A DNA stretch of 64,000 bases from Eledone cirrhosa (taxonomy: Eukaryota): positions 35,774,001 to 35,838,000 of the forward strand of contig OZ024746.1 in assembly GCA_964016885.1 (NCBI GenBank). The letters are read 5' to 3'. Position 1 is the first letter of the stretch. Each line of letters opens with the position of its first letter. A program made the position numbers and the translations under genes. Shown here piece after piece: positions 45,185 through 56,706 of this stretch. The notes beneath the pieces were generated by a model. That model worked only from the letters and a program-made list of their open reading frames with translations, ran no database searches and was not told the DNA's origin.

Positions 45185-46972
45185 ATGGCCGAAGCTTCTT
45201 CACCAAAATTCGAAGGAGGAAAGGGGAAGATGAACTTACAGCTTCCCCCTGCCACTGTCACAGTAGCAGAGGTCAAGAAGATAGGTCAGCCAGAGGAAGA
45301 ATTCTCCCCACCTGTTAACCGACAACTTGACGTTGCCATGGCAACTACCCAAAGAACCAGCAGCAACAGCAACAACAACAGCAATGCGACGGACGAAAGC
45401 AACACCAATAACAATAACAATAACAACAACAAGACCAATAACGGTGACAACAACAACAATGATAACAACAACACCACCAACGACAACAACAACACAAACA
45501 AACAAAATTTCTCCTTCGCCGAGACGACAAGGAAAACCCTCGACTATCTGCCAGTAGATATAACAAAAGCGAAGGAGCTACTGGCGGATGCGAAAAAATA
45601 TATAGTGTACGGGGAAAATGGTTCATTCTCAATCCATTCCCCCCCGGAACTAAAAAGCCAGAGACTCCTAAACACGGTCATGTTTAGGACAATTTCGAAC
45701 AAAAGTAAAAAACCAGCTCAACCATCACAGAGCGAGATAGAGCTGGTTTTAAAAGACGTCATGAAGGACATCACCTTCATTCAGAAGGATAGACTCTACG
45801 GGAGTCTATCCATTCTCATGAAGGACAGGGACACAGCAGTGAAACTGTCCATCAAACCAATCACATCCACCGCATACACCTTCTACCCTACGTACATGGG
45901 TAGAAGAACACAAAAAATAAAAATCCACACCATCCTGCCGATTATGGACATATGGTGGGTTTTGACAGGTTTTCTGGACCTGGAGGATGACATGCTGGTG
46001 TCCATGGGAAAGGCATCGGGTGACGCGTTCAGTGGAACGAGCCTCGAACTTGTAGTTCAAATGAGGCCCGAAAGGATCGCCCAGATCCCTGAACGCGTCA
46101 TACTGGATGATCTAACCTTCATCAACATTACCGTTGAGGGTAGACGGCCCTCGTGTTACCTCTGCGGAACCAGAGGTCACCTGAGGGCTGTCTGTCCCCA
46201 ACTTAATAAGAAAACCCCAATCCTGCCTACACCACCAACAACTGCACAACCAACACAATCACCACAACTACCACTACAAAAACTACCACCACAGCTCAAA
46301 CCAAAACAAAACAATGTCCAACCCATCCCCTCCACCCAAAAAACAAAAACAATTTCCAAAACACCCGTACCGCAAACACAACCCGAAAATATACCCCTCC
46401 CCTCCAACGCGGAAGATGACCCTAGTTCGTCGTCAGACGAGGAGGAGCACTTCCACACAATCAAAAGAAAAAAAAGAAAACACACCTCAGACACACAAAT
46501 GAAAACAACCCCTCCCCAAAACATAACACTGACACCAACACAAAAGAGCTCACAACAGCAAACAAAAAACACCACACAAAAACAAAAACATGCATACACA
46601 TACATAAATACAAGAAACAAAAAACTGTTAAACATTGTGTACAACAACAATCTAATAAAAACACAAGGGCCTAACTTCACCCAGGCAGGGGATTTCCCCC
46701 ACCTCAAAATGATTAAGGCCCCACAGGACACCTATAAAACTTTAAAAAACAATTTTAAAGAGGACGTGGGTCCCCCCTGCGTCGGGCCCATTAACCGCGT
46801 CCTCCTAAAAAACTATCCCACCCCCTCCCCAAACACCCTCACAACTCCAAGCTCCCCAACCACACAACACACTGATGCCCCCACACTTCCACAAACCACC
46901 ACCCCACCCAACAACCCATCCCCCACCCTAATGGAAATTGTGCAGCCCGATACCCGGGACGCAGAGAGGTAA
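45185..46972 (+). CDS. LINE ORF1 nucleic-acid-binding protein (595 aa)
   Basis: Zinc knuckle CYLCGTRGHLRAVC (CX2CX4HX4C), Asn-rich N-terminus, P/T/Q-rich C-terminal half and basic KRKKRK stretch; lies directly upstream of ORF2. Confidence 0.9.
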   Translation: MAEASSPKFEGGKGKMNLQLPPATVTVAEVKKIGQPEEEFSPPVNRQLDVAMATTQRTSSNSNNNSNATDESNTNNNNNNNNKTNNGDNNNNDNNNTTNDNNNTNKQNFSFAETTRKTLDYLPVDITKAKELLADAKKYIVYGENGSFSIHSPPELKSQRLLNTVMFRTISNKSKKPAQPSQSEIELVLKDVMKDITFIQKDRLYGSLSILMKDRDTAVKLSIKPITSTAYTFYPTYMGRRTQKIKIHTILPIMDIWWVLTGFLDLEDDMLVSMGKASGDAFSGTSLELVVQMRPERIAQIPERVILDDLTFINITVEGRRPSCYLCGTRGHLRAVCPQLNKKTPILPTPPTTAQPTQSPQLPLQKLPPQLKPKQNNVQPIPSTQKTKTISKTPVPQTQPENIPLPSNAEDDPSSSSDEEEHFHTIKRKKRKHTSDTQMKTTPPQNITLTPTQKSSQQQTKNTTQKQKHAYTYINTRNKKLLNIVYNNNLIKTQGPNFTQAGDFPHLKMIKAPQDTYKTLKNNFKEDVGPPCVGPINRVLLKNYPTPSPNTLTTPSSPTTQHTDAPTLPQTTTPPNNPSPTLMEIVQPDTRDAER

Positions 46973-46996
46973 GTGCCTTTTCTCTTCACCACCAAC

Positions 46997-49900
46997 ATGG
47001 CTATGCTAAGAGTAGGCTGTTTAAATGCGCGTGGCCTGGGCTCAACTTGGAAGCAAGCAATGCTTCTAAATGACCTCAGGTCACAACGTATAGATGTGAT
47101 GGTTATTTGCGAGGCCCGGATCAGCAACGTGCGACAGCTGGCCCCCACCTTTGATGACTTTGAGATGCACGCATCTCTCTGTCAGCCCGGAGGTGGGGGT
47201 GGAGTTGTCGTTCTGCTGCAAAAACATCTGGGTCTCGCAACACAGATGGTACATTTGGACCCGGAGGGTCGACTAGTGGTTCTGGACCTTGGCAGTGGTA
47301 AAGGCGGAGCGTTTAGGTTGGTAGCCGCCTACGGCCCTTTCGGGTCAATGCGGCCGGACTTCTTCCATCGTCTGGAGACTTTTCTAGGGACGTCCCGCTC
47401 CTTGCTATTAGTGGGGGACTGGAATGGTATCCTAGATGCACGCTGGGACTACGTAGGGGCCTGCCCCGATAGAGAGGGGTGTAATAGCCTCAAAGGGTTA
47501 ATCGGTCGATTTGACCTGGCCGATAGATATCGACTAGATTTTCCGACTGCGCCAGCCTGGACTTGGGCAAATCGTAGCGGATCATCTAGGTCGTACCTAG
47601 ATAGGTTCTTAGTTAGAATTAAGGATAAGGACTTTTTAAGTTGTCCAAAAATGCGCATTGTTGGCTATTCAGACCACAAATTAGTGACCTGCATGGTCAA
47701 CCTTGACAGAACTCATAGACAGGGCCCCGGTTACTGGAAGCTCAACTTGTCCTTGCCGGCAAGTAGAGCCTACAGGAATCGGATTAGTACGTTAGTTAAG
47801 GAACGGTTGACTGGAGCGATCGTCAACAGCAGGTGGTGGGTATCTCTAAAGAGAGAGATTAGAGTAGTCTCGATAGAATTTAGTAAGGTTCTAGCTGCGG
47901 ATAGGAATAGGAAGGAAAGGGAGCTAATAGATAGAGTAGAAGAGGCAATTAGAAGCGGCGACGTGGCCAGAGTGCTAGCGTCGAGAACGGCGTTGAGCCA
48001 GTTTTTCGACGCGAAGCACGAAGGCTGCGTTGTCCGAAGTAAAATACGTGCTCTAGGGAACGAGGGGACCAAAGCTGTTAGCTGGGCCCGCGTGACAGAG
48101 GCCAACAGTGGAACTAAATCCACCATCCGGTCTTTGCAAGTCCTGGATGGACGGGCGATTCTTGAGCCTAAGCAGATGTGTGAGGCCTTTCAAAGGCACT
48201 TTGCCCGACTGTTCGGGAGGGGCGGGGAGCCGGTTGGGAACGTGGACTTCGGTCCATACCTCGACGGCCTGCCGCGCCTCTCGGACAGGGAGGCGAAGTC
48301 CTGCGAGGAGCCGATTTCGGCCGCTGAGATAGAGGACGTGCTGAGCCAATGCGGCAAACGCAAATCCCCGGGTCTCGATGGTCTTCCTTACGAATTATAT
48401 CTAGCTATGCCGGACTTGTTCCCCGATCTCCTCGAGGCGGTCTACTGCAACTGGCAACAGAACGGGAGAATTCCCTGTACTGTGACCAAGGGCGTAGTCA
48501 CGCTAGTGAGGAAGGACGAGAACAAGGGGGACGAAATAAGTAACTTCAGGCCCATAACACTGCTAAATACAGAGTTACAGATTTTGGCCAAGGTGCTAGC
48601 AAAGAGGTTGGCGCTTGTCGTGGGCAACCTGGTGGGAGATGCGCAGACATGCGCTATCCCGTCCAGGTCCATCCATGACAACCTCCACCTCATGCGATAC
48701 ATCATAGAGAGGGTTGGGAACGAACCCGGCTTTGGTGGGGCTCTGATCAACTTGGATCAATCTAAGGCGTTCGATAGGGTCGACCATGGTTACCTGGATG
48801 CGGTGCTAGCGGCGGCAGGCTTCGGACCCGTTTTCAGGGGCTGGATCACTGCTATGCACAGCAGCCGCATCTGCTCTAGGGTCAAGGTGAACGGCTACCT
48901 CTCGGAGCCGTTCAAAATCGCGCGGTCCATCCGACAAGGGTGCCCTCTCTCCTCCCTTCTGTATGTGTTGACTCTCGAGCCACTACTGCGGAAGTTGGAG
49001 TTGTTGCAGGGCATCCCTTTGGAACCGGGATTGCGGAAAGCGGTGTCGGCCTACGCCGATGACGTGACAGTAATGGTGTCGACGGCCTCCGAAATCGAGG
49101 CGGTCGGCACCTTACTGGAGGAGTACGAAAAGTTCACAGGGGCTAAGCTGAACCGGGACAAGTCGATCGGTTTGCAACTCGGCACGTGGAGGGGCAGACC
49201 GATGCCCTCCGATAGCGTCGTCGGACGCTGGACGGAGGGCCCGGTGAAGTTGCTCGGGGTCTGGTTCGGACCGGACCTCCAGGTGGAGAAAAACTGGGCG
49301 GAGGTTACGAACAGGGTGTTTGCACTGACCCAGAAGTGGGCCAGTTGCAAACTATCCCTGAAAGGTCGGGCGGAGGTGGCGAACACCTACATAGCGTCCG
49401 TCATCTACTACCGCCTGACCGTAGTGCCCTGCCCAAGGGAAACCCTCACCAAGATGGAGCGCGCGCTCTTCCAATTCCTTTGGAAGAGGCGGGCTCCTAT
49501 GGTGAGGAGATCCATCTGCTGTCAACACCCTTCGAAAGGAGGGCTGGGGATGCCGTGGCTAATGATGCGTAAACACGCATTAAGGCTACGGCACCTCTAC
49601 GTATTCCTCACCGGACAACCGGTGTGGGCCTCGTTTGTGAGACGAACCTTTCCCAAACTCGTCTCACTCACCGAGCTGCAATCCTGGGTCAAGCAAAGAC
49701 CGAGAAAACTGGGCGCCTGGCACACTGAGTGTGCCCAGGCGCTCACCGCCCTCTGGCAGGCGGATCCGGTTATCAGTGGAGACTCCACCGCAACATTCTA
49801 TAGAGGGCTGGTACGCAGCAGGTGCGACGACGCCCTCGGAGAAGCCCTAGACATGGAGGAGGACGAACTGGCCAGCCTGTTCGGTAGGACATTCAGCCCG

Positions 49901-50434
49901 GGACCTATGGACAACTTCCAGAAGTCCCTGGCCTGGCAGTGCTACCGAGGGGCTTTACCCGTTCGAGAAAGGCTCTACAGACACGGGCGCCCGGGTAGGG
50001 ACCCCGCCAAAAAGATCTGTCCCAGATGCGTGTGCGACGAGGAAACCGTTGCACACGCATTAGTACACTGCTCGGGCGTAGCCGATCTGTGGGGCTATGT
50101 CGAACAACTGCTGTCAAGGGTGGGACCGATCCGGTTGACCACCGAGTCGATTGTAATGATCAAGCCGCCTCCCCCCTTCAAAGATGAAGCAGAGGCGGTG
50201 TTTCTGTGCGTAATAGCCATGGCGAAAGAGGTTGTATGGTGGACGCGTCTGAAAGGACTGAGGTCGGGCACCTTTCTCTCTGACCAACAACTGGTCCGTT
50301 TCTTCCGATATCATTTCGGAAGAAGGATCAGGATGGAGAGAGAGGTGCTGCACCCCAGCCGTTTCTATGAAAGATGGGTGAAAGTGGCGAGAATGGCCCG
50401 TGTGAATGGGCCTTCACTCTACATCAGACTATAG
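46997..50434 (+). CDS. LINE ORF2: APE endonuclease, reverse transcriptase and C-terminal CCHC
   Basis: LNARGL, GDWN, YLDRF, SDH; KSPGLDG, NFRPITLLN, DQSKAFDRV, RQGCPLS, YADD, GGLGMP; CPRC..ETVAHALVHC. First ATG is at 46997 (the track starts at GTG 46973). Confidence 0.96.
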   Translation: MAMLRVGCLNARGLGSTWKQAMLLNDLRSQRIDVMVICEARISNVRQLAPTFDDFEMHASLCQPGGGGGVVVLLQKHLGLATQMVHLDPEGRLVVLDLGSGKGGAFRLVAAYGPFGSMRPDFFHRLETFLGTSRSLLLVGDWNGILDARWDYVGACPDREGCNSLKGLIGRFDLADRYRLDFPTAPAWTWANRSGSSRSYLDRFLVRIKDKDFLSCPKMRIVGYSDHKLVTCMVNLDRTHRQGPGYWKLNLSLPASRAYRNRISTLVKERLTGAIVNSRWWVSLKREIRVVSIEFSKVLAADRNRKERELIDRVEEAIRSGDVARVLASRTALSQFFDAKHEGCVVRSKIRALGNEGTKAVSWARVTEANSGTKSTIRSLQVLDGRAILEPKQMCEAFQRHFARLFGRGGEPVGNVDFGPYLDGLPRLSDREAKSCEEPISAAEIEDVLSQCGKRKSPGLDGLPYELYLAMPDLFPDLLEAVYCNWQQNGRIPCTVTKGVVTLVRKDENKGDEISNFRPITLLNTELQILAKVLAKRLALVVGNLVGDAQTCAIPSRSIHDNLHLMRYIIERVGNEPGFGGALINLDQSKAFDRVDHGYLDAVLAAAGFGPVFRGWITAMHSSRICSRVKVNGYLSEPFKIARSIRQGCPLSSLLYVLTLEPLLRKLELLQGIPLEPGLRKAVSAYADDVTVMVSTASEIEAVGTLLEEYEKFTGAKLNRDKSIGLQLGTWRGRPMPSDSVVGRWTEGPVKLLGVWFGPDLQVEKNWAEVTNRVFALTQKWASCKLSLKGRAEVANTYIASVIYYRLTVVPCPRETLTKMERALFQFLWKRRAPMVRRSICCQHPSKGGLGMPWLMMRKHALRLRHLYVFLTGQPVWASFVRRTFPKLVSLTELQSWVKQRPRKLGAWHTECAQALTALWQADPVISGDSTATFYRGLVRSRCDDALGEALDMEEDELASLFGRTFSPGPMDNFQKSLAWQCYRGALPVRERLYRHGRPGRDPAKKICPRCVCDEETVAHALVHCSGVADLWGYVEQLLSRVGPIRLTTESIVMIKPPPPFKDEAEAVFLCVIAMAKEVVWWTRLKGLRSGTFLSDQQLVRFFRYHFGRRIRMEREVLHPSRFYERWVKVARMARVNGPSLYIRL

Positions 50435-50793
50435 GTGAGGAAGATAAAAGACCAAGGGAGCACCCCTTCTCTGTGCTCCTGAGGAGAAGGGTTGCACACT
50501 TTTTTCGGGGGTGTGTGCGACCCCCCAAGGCGCCTCCTCTCTATTGAGGATTTTGTTAAAAATTTTATTTTTTGTTATATCTTATTTTATTTTTATATTT
50601 TGTTATTGCCTTCTCCTTATTGAGGAAGCCTTTTTGTGTAAACTCCCCCCTTTGTACTTGTCCCACTTTTGATGCCCTAGTGGCAAATAAAAGAAATATA
50701 TCTATCTATCTATCTCTCTCTCTCTCTTACCCTCTCTCTCTCTCACTCTCTCTCTCTCTCGCTATCACTCTCCGTTTATCAGTCAGTCTATCC

Positions 50794-50848
<55 letters not shown>

Positions 50849-50944
50849 AATCTATCTATCTATACACCTATCTATCTATCCTCTATCAATCTCTCTATAT
50901 ATAATTGGCCACTCCCATTCACACCTAGATACAAACAACATAGA

Positions 50945-51014
<70 letters not shown>

Positions 51015-52384
51015 TGTATGTGTGTATGAGTGTGTGTAAGTATGTGTGTGTATGTATATGTGTATATATGAGTGTTTTGTATCTATGTAGTCTCGTGATC
51101 TTAAAATCAGCAAATATAACAATTCTATTTAAATTCAAATGTTTGAAACTTCTCAATAAAAATACAAATATTACCAATAAAATTATGAGATAAATATACC
51201 AATGAACATTGAAATAACATCTCTATTACAAAGAAAAATATTTACACTTCGTTGATCCTAAAGAAAATCCGACAATACAATTTATTTTCTATGCTTCGAT
51301 GACATTATTTTTGTCTCTTGACGAAATAACGGCAGAGTTGATTATTGAATCTCTGTATGCTAGCATGTGTTTAACTGCATCAAAGTGTGTATGTGTCTAT
51401 GTGTGCCTGAGGGTATGTATGTATGAGTGTTAGTGTATGTATGTGTGTATATGTGCTTGTGTGTGTGTGTGTGTATGTGCGTGTGTGTATGTGCGTGTGT
51501 GTGTGTGTGTGCGCGTGTGTCTGTGTGTATAATTCTTCATGAGCACAGACTTAGATAACTAGATAAAACTGTTTCAAAATCATGAATTTCGTGTTCAATT
51601 TTGCTTTCTTATATTTTGGGTACTGTTATTGTACCATAGATTCGAAATGTCAAAATGAACATCTGTGTATTTTATAAATAGTATAATAATAGGATTTAAA
51701 TTATCATACACGCTAAATAGAACGTACCTGCCGTAGGATATTCAAACACATGTTAGGTTTACTTCTGTAATAATTCTATTTAAATGTTGCTTTCTTGGCG
51801 GTAATTCAAAATCTCTAACTTAAACTAACAGATACTTTGTCTGGCATACAACTTACGTTAATTATTTATTATTATAATTGCCATTTCATGAAAAGATGAA
51901 AGAACCTCTTTCAGTTTGTGATGAATCAAAATACTTAAATATGCGCATTTTATTGTAAATTGTAAAATATCAACATGTCTATATACTACATTGAACTATG
52001 CAACAAATGGGCATATGCAGCCTCTCATTTACAGACGTATCTTGATATTGAAGCACTGTTTGGCATATTTTTAGTACTCATTCCAGTAGTTAATTATATA
52101 TATATATATTACGAAGTGCGCTAATCAGCCAACATATATGATAAATAAAAATAAAGGGATAAAGATCCCATAACTACTTGTGGAGTCGTTGAGGCACCGT
52201 CAATGGGCGTGTCAAGGGCACTTTTAAACCGGTCGGAGTGCAACTCTCTCTAGGTCTGCACATTGAAAATACCGAAGAAGCCGAACAACCTTTAGCTGAA
52301 ACCGGTACGCTAAATTACATTTTTTGTAAATAAATGTTTTGTTATTCTATAAGAAAATACCATTAGCATTTTCTACTGTAGAAA

Positions 52385-52520
52385 ACCTGCCAGATAGTCC
52401 TATATGAGTGAGACACTGTCACCCGACCAACCTTGCTTCAAGTGGGACAACTCCCGTATAACCCATGCTAGCGTGGAAGATGGACGTATAAACGAAGATG
52501 ATGATGATGATGATGATGAT
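52385..52520 (+). mobile_element. 3' end of an RTE-tailed SINE/LINE
   Basis: aacccatgctagcgtggaagatggacgtataaac followed by a (gat)n tail. Confidence 0.55.
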
Positions 52521-53509
52521 ATTTATTTATATATATATTGGTGTCTGCGTGCTCTTGGGTATGTAGTGTGTGAGTGTATGTCTGTCTTGGGACTACATCT
52601 AAAATATTGTATCTAGATTACTACTTATGAAACGCTAAACTTATCATTACATAGAAGTGACGAGGTTTCTATTTAATATTATGGATACCTGCTAAATGTT
52701 AAGGATTACAACATATACGGAGAGAGATCAATTGCTACCGAAAGTATTAGTTTCATAAGTTCAGCATGTAGTGTTAAGTGAATGACTCTACAAAGACTAG
52801 CATATTATAAGCTCATGTAAGATATCATTATGAATAAATAGACACATATTTAGAAACTATCCTATGCATACATATACACCAAACACACAGACACACACTT
52901 ACACACACACCCAAACACATACACATATATATATATATTATGTAAATGTCTACAAATTCGTATAGTTATATATAAGTAGATGTATATTTATAACACACAT
53001 ATTCAAGTACAGATAGGTACATATTTAAATATATATATGTATATATCTGTTTGTGTGTGGGTGTGCATGTGTGTTTGTATGCATGCGTGAGCGTGTGATG
53101 TGTGTGTGTTAGTGTATGTGTGAGTGTGTGTGAGGGTGTTTTTGTGTTTGTGTGTGTATGTGTGTGTGTGCAGGTAAATGCTTGTGTAATCATCTGTGTG
53201 CCTGCATTAATAAATAACGTTTATATGGTGTTGCTATTCAAGAATAACAAGTGACCATAAGTGATATGTTCAAGAATGCTATAAAATCATTCATCGGTTA
53301 AGAACACTTCATCTTCTGCTAGGATAGATTAAATGGTCATATCCGCCATTCGCATCCTGTAACAGTTTCATGTGTGAAGGAATTTAGAAGAATCCACCTT
53401 AAAATGTGCAATTGCGAATTTGTAGAGACATTTAAGTATTATCAACGAACACGGTATTTTCCTATTGTTTAACATTAACGCTAGTCTGCCTATATATGTT
53501 TTTGATGTT

Positions 53510-53636
<127 letters not shown>

Positions 53637-53639
53637 TAT

Positions 53640-53937
53640 ATTTCGTTTCTGAATTTGTTTAGCAATATTCTTTATCTGAAAACGTGTGTTGAAACCGATA
53701 TTGTTATGCTTTGGGAGGGTCATGTTGCTAAAAGAAACACACTCACCAGTTGCTTTCACTCCAATTTTATTATAAATAAAATTTATAAATTTAAGTATCT
53801 ATAAACTTCCGGTTGGTTGGTTGGTTCCACAACCAGACGATTGTTCATATATTGTCAATGTTCTTTCGTCACACATTCTGTGACCTCTTCAGTGACTTTT
53901 CTTTTTTTTTGTGCCTCTCCTTTGTTCTGTCCTACGC
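53640..53937 (-). mobile_element. Neptune-like pLTR 3' fragment
   Basis: Colinear with 61337-61635. Confidence 0.85.
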
Positions 53938-55509
53938 GATCTTGAAGCCAGTCAAACATTTCCATCTATCAGACAGGTTCTTTTGTGATTTTTGAACCTG
54001 CCAGTTTTGACTTCGAATCATAGGATGCGATAAACCAGATTTCGGATGCCAAAAGTGTCAGTGCTGTTGCAAAAAGAGGTGAAAAGGAACATTCAATTTA
54101 TTGCTTCATACTCACACCAAGACCAAATATATTTCTGTAGAATCTGGTGCAAAGTTGGGAGGTTTGTGGAACTATTTCAGAGGTGTGTAATTTTCTATTT
54201 CCGAATGTGAAAAAGTTTAACTTTGAACATGCAATGATGTGGTATGATTACACACGAGAACATGTTTTTGAAAAAGATAAGCAAATACATAATTTATATC
54301 CGCATGTAGTTACACGCTATACAGAAAGAAAGAAAGAGGGTAATGTCTACTCCATGCTGCTTGACGACTTTGCACTAGATTGTTAGACAAAGAAGTAGCA
54401 AATACAAAATTACCAATATCTGAAATACAAAATACAATGTTTTGAATTGCTACAAAATTGTTATCCCAAATGTAATAGAATACTTATGGATAATTACAGG
54501 GATTCAATTGGTTGGTTTAAAATATATAAAGTGATGAATTTGTTGGTGCTATGGAAGGATAGTTTGATTGGAATAATAAGAATCAAACGAAAGAGACAAC
54601 ATTTCTTAGGAAACAGAGACAGCTTGATAACTATCAATCCAAATACTGACAAAGAAATAACGAAATTCTGAATTCTGGTGTGAAAATATAATCACTAACT
54701 CCTGCAACACTAGTTCTGTGAAGGTATTCACCAACAGCCACCTCAGATTCGTCACAACCATCTGCTTAATCATACTCAACTTCCCCGAAAACGATTTATC
54801 TCCTCATACTTATTTGTATTTCTCACTCAGTCATAATTTAAATCCTATTTTCTTATTTTTATTTAGTTATTAGTGATTCTTATATCCTCCATCCATCACC
54901 CTAGTGTCGACAAAAATTAATCATTCCATAAATCAACATCATCATCTTTATTATTATCATTAATATTATTTATGTAGTTGTTGTGTTTCCACATCTTCTT
55001 CTCCCCATCTTGTAATTATTAGCATTATTATTTTATCATCATCAACATCATTTCCTTTCACACATTGTTTACTAACGGTTCGTTTGTCGAAAACCAATTC
55101 TTTTACATTTATTTTTGTGTACCTTTAACATTTCATTGTATTCTTAATATATATTTTCTATTTATTGTGCATTTGTTATATTTTCAGTTTTTTCTTCCCT
55201 GTACATTTCTGATTGTGTTGATTTTATTATTACGAGAACGGATATAATTTGAGATTGATACTCTATGAAAAATGGAAAATTCTGGAAAAACCTCTAAGTA
55301 AACAGATCCTACTCTTCCATCACCCTATTTATTTGTTCATATTTGTTTAACAAATAGAAGTAGGATTCTTCTTGCAAACAATGCGACATTTTTTTTACCT
55401 CCTACGTTGAAAGCAGTTCCATTATATTTCTTACTTTACTTTTGTATGCATACACACACATACGCACACATTTTCACAGCCATATGCACACATTCTCACA
55501 TTAAAACAA

Positions 55510-55546
<37 letters not shown>

Positions 55547-56314
55547 ACACATATATAATATATGTATACACACACACACACACACACACACCCACACACG
55601 CACACACACCCATATATATTTATTAACTATTGTATATCAGTTAAAAGATTAGTCATGGGAGATCGAGTGTTCAAACAAATACTTTGGGACGGTCATATGT
55701 ACCGGTTCAATTTCCCTTCGGGTTTTCTTATTATCTACGGAAATAATCCGTTCATCATTTGGGTTAGTAGCGGGTGGGCTATTTAACTGTCATATTTCTT
55801 TCATTACATATTCTTTCACCTTCTGAATTTCTACTTCACCACCCGCATCTCCACTTCGTTTCAATTTAATTCCAGGTGAACTGCCTTGTATTTCTATGGC
55901 ATACTTCTGTCTGTGCATGTGTCTGTATTTGTGCGTTTGTTGCGTGTCTTTATATATAGCTATAATAGAGGTATCGGTTTGTTGAGTGCGCATGCGTGTC
56001 TGTTAGTATATGTGTGTTTCTTCATACATTACTATCCCCTCCTGTTTTTTTGGTGTGTGTATGATGTTATCTTCATATGTTTTGTATCTTTGTATACACA
56101 ACTGATTTCCCTCTATGATCCATACATCCTCACTTAGCTATATGCAAGTTTATACACTCATTGACGTCTCTACGCAAGTTGAGATGACTGTGTGTCCATT
56201 CATATGTGTGTTCACTGAGTGTTCGAGCTGTTAATATCCTATAAGTGATTTCTAATGAAAGTGGTTTATGTAGGTATGTGCATTCTTTTCTAACTCTATC
56301 TGCCGTAATAACAA

Positions 56315-56500
56315 TAATAATTGTTTCTACTTTTGGCACGAGGCCAGTAAATATCCAAGTGCATTACTGGTACTCTATTTTATCGACCCCAGTAAAGATG
56401 AAAGGCAAAGTTACCTTCGGAGGGGTTTCAACTCAGAACGTAAAGTGCCGTAAATCTATGCCGAAAAGCATGGTGTCCGACGCTACGCTCTACTGATACT
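56315..56500 (-). mobile_element. tRNA-derived SINE
   Basis: Same family core and tail. Confidence 0.8.
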
Positions 56501-56706
56501 AAAACTATTTAAATCAAATTGCGTGCGTACTTTTATCGGCAACGTGCAATACACCCCGAAACGTTATATATATATATATATATAAATGGTAGAAATAGCC
56601 TAGGCTAAGATAATTCATTCCATAGAAGAAGTATGATTAATTGAATGAGTTCGGGTGTAAAACCCAACCAAACATAAATACCTTTACATGTCACTGTTGC
56701 AACCAA

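Larger units (their letters stand above)
44974..50696 (+). mobile_element. Full-length Tx1/L1-clade non-LTR retrotransposon
   Basis: 5'UTR, two open ORFs, and a 3'UTR with AATAAA at 50686. 19-bp TSD tatctatctatctatctct at 44955-44973 and 50699-50717. Confidence 0.93.

Noticed and set aside
45236-50353. Antisense and alternative-frame ORFs inside the LINE
   Set aside because: They are shadows of low-complexity or GC-rich coding sequence with no recognisable motifs.
52265-52312. CCGAAGA agc..gct GAAA ccgg TA
   Set aside because: The core and stems II/III fit but stem I does not pair. It is probably a decayed HHR and is not called as a feature.
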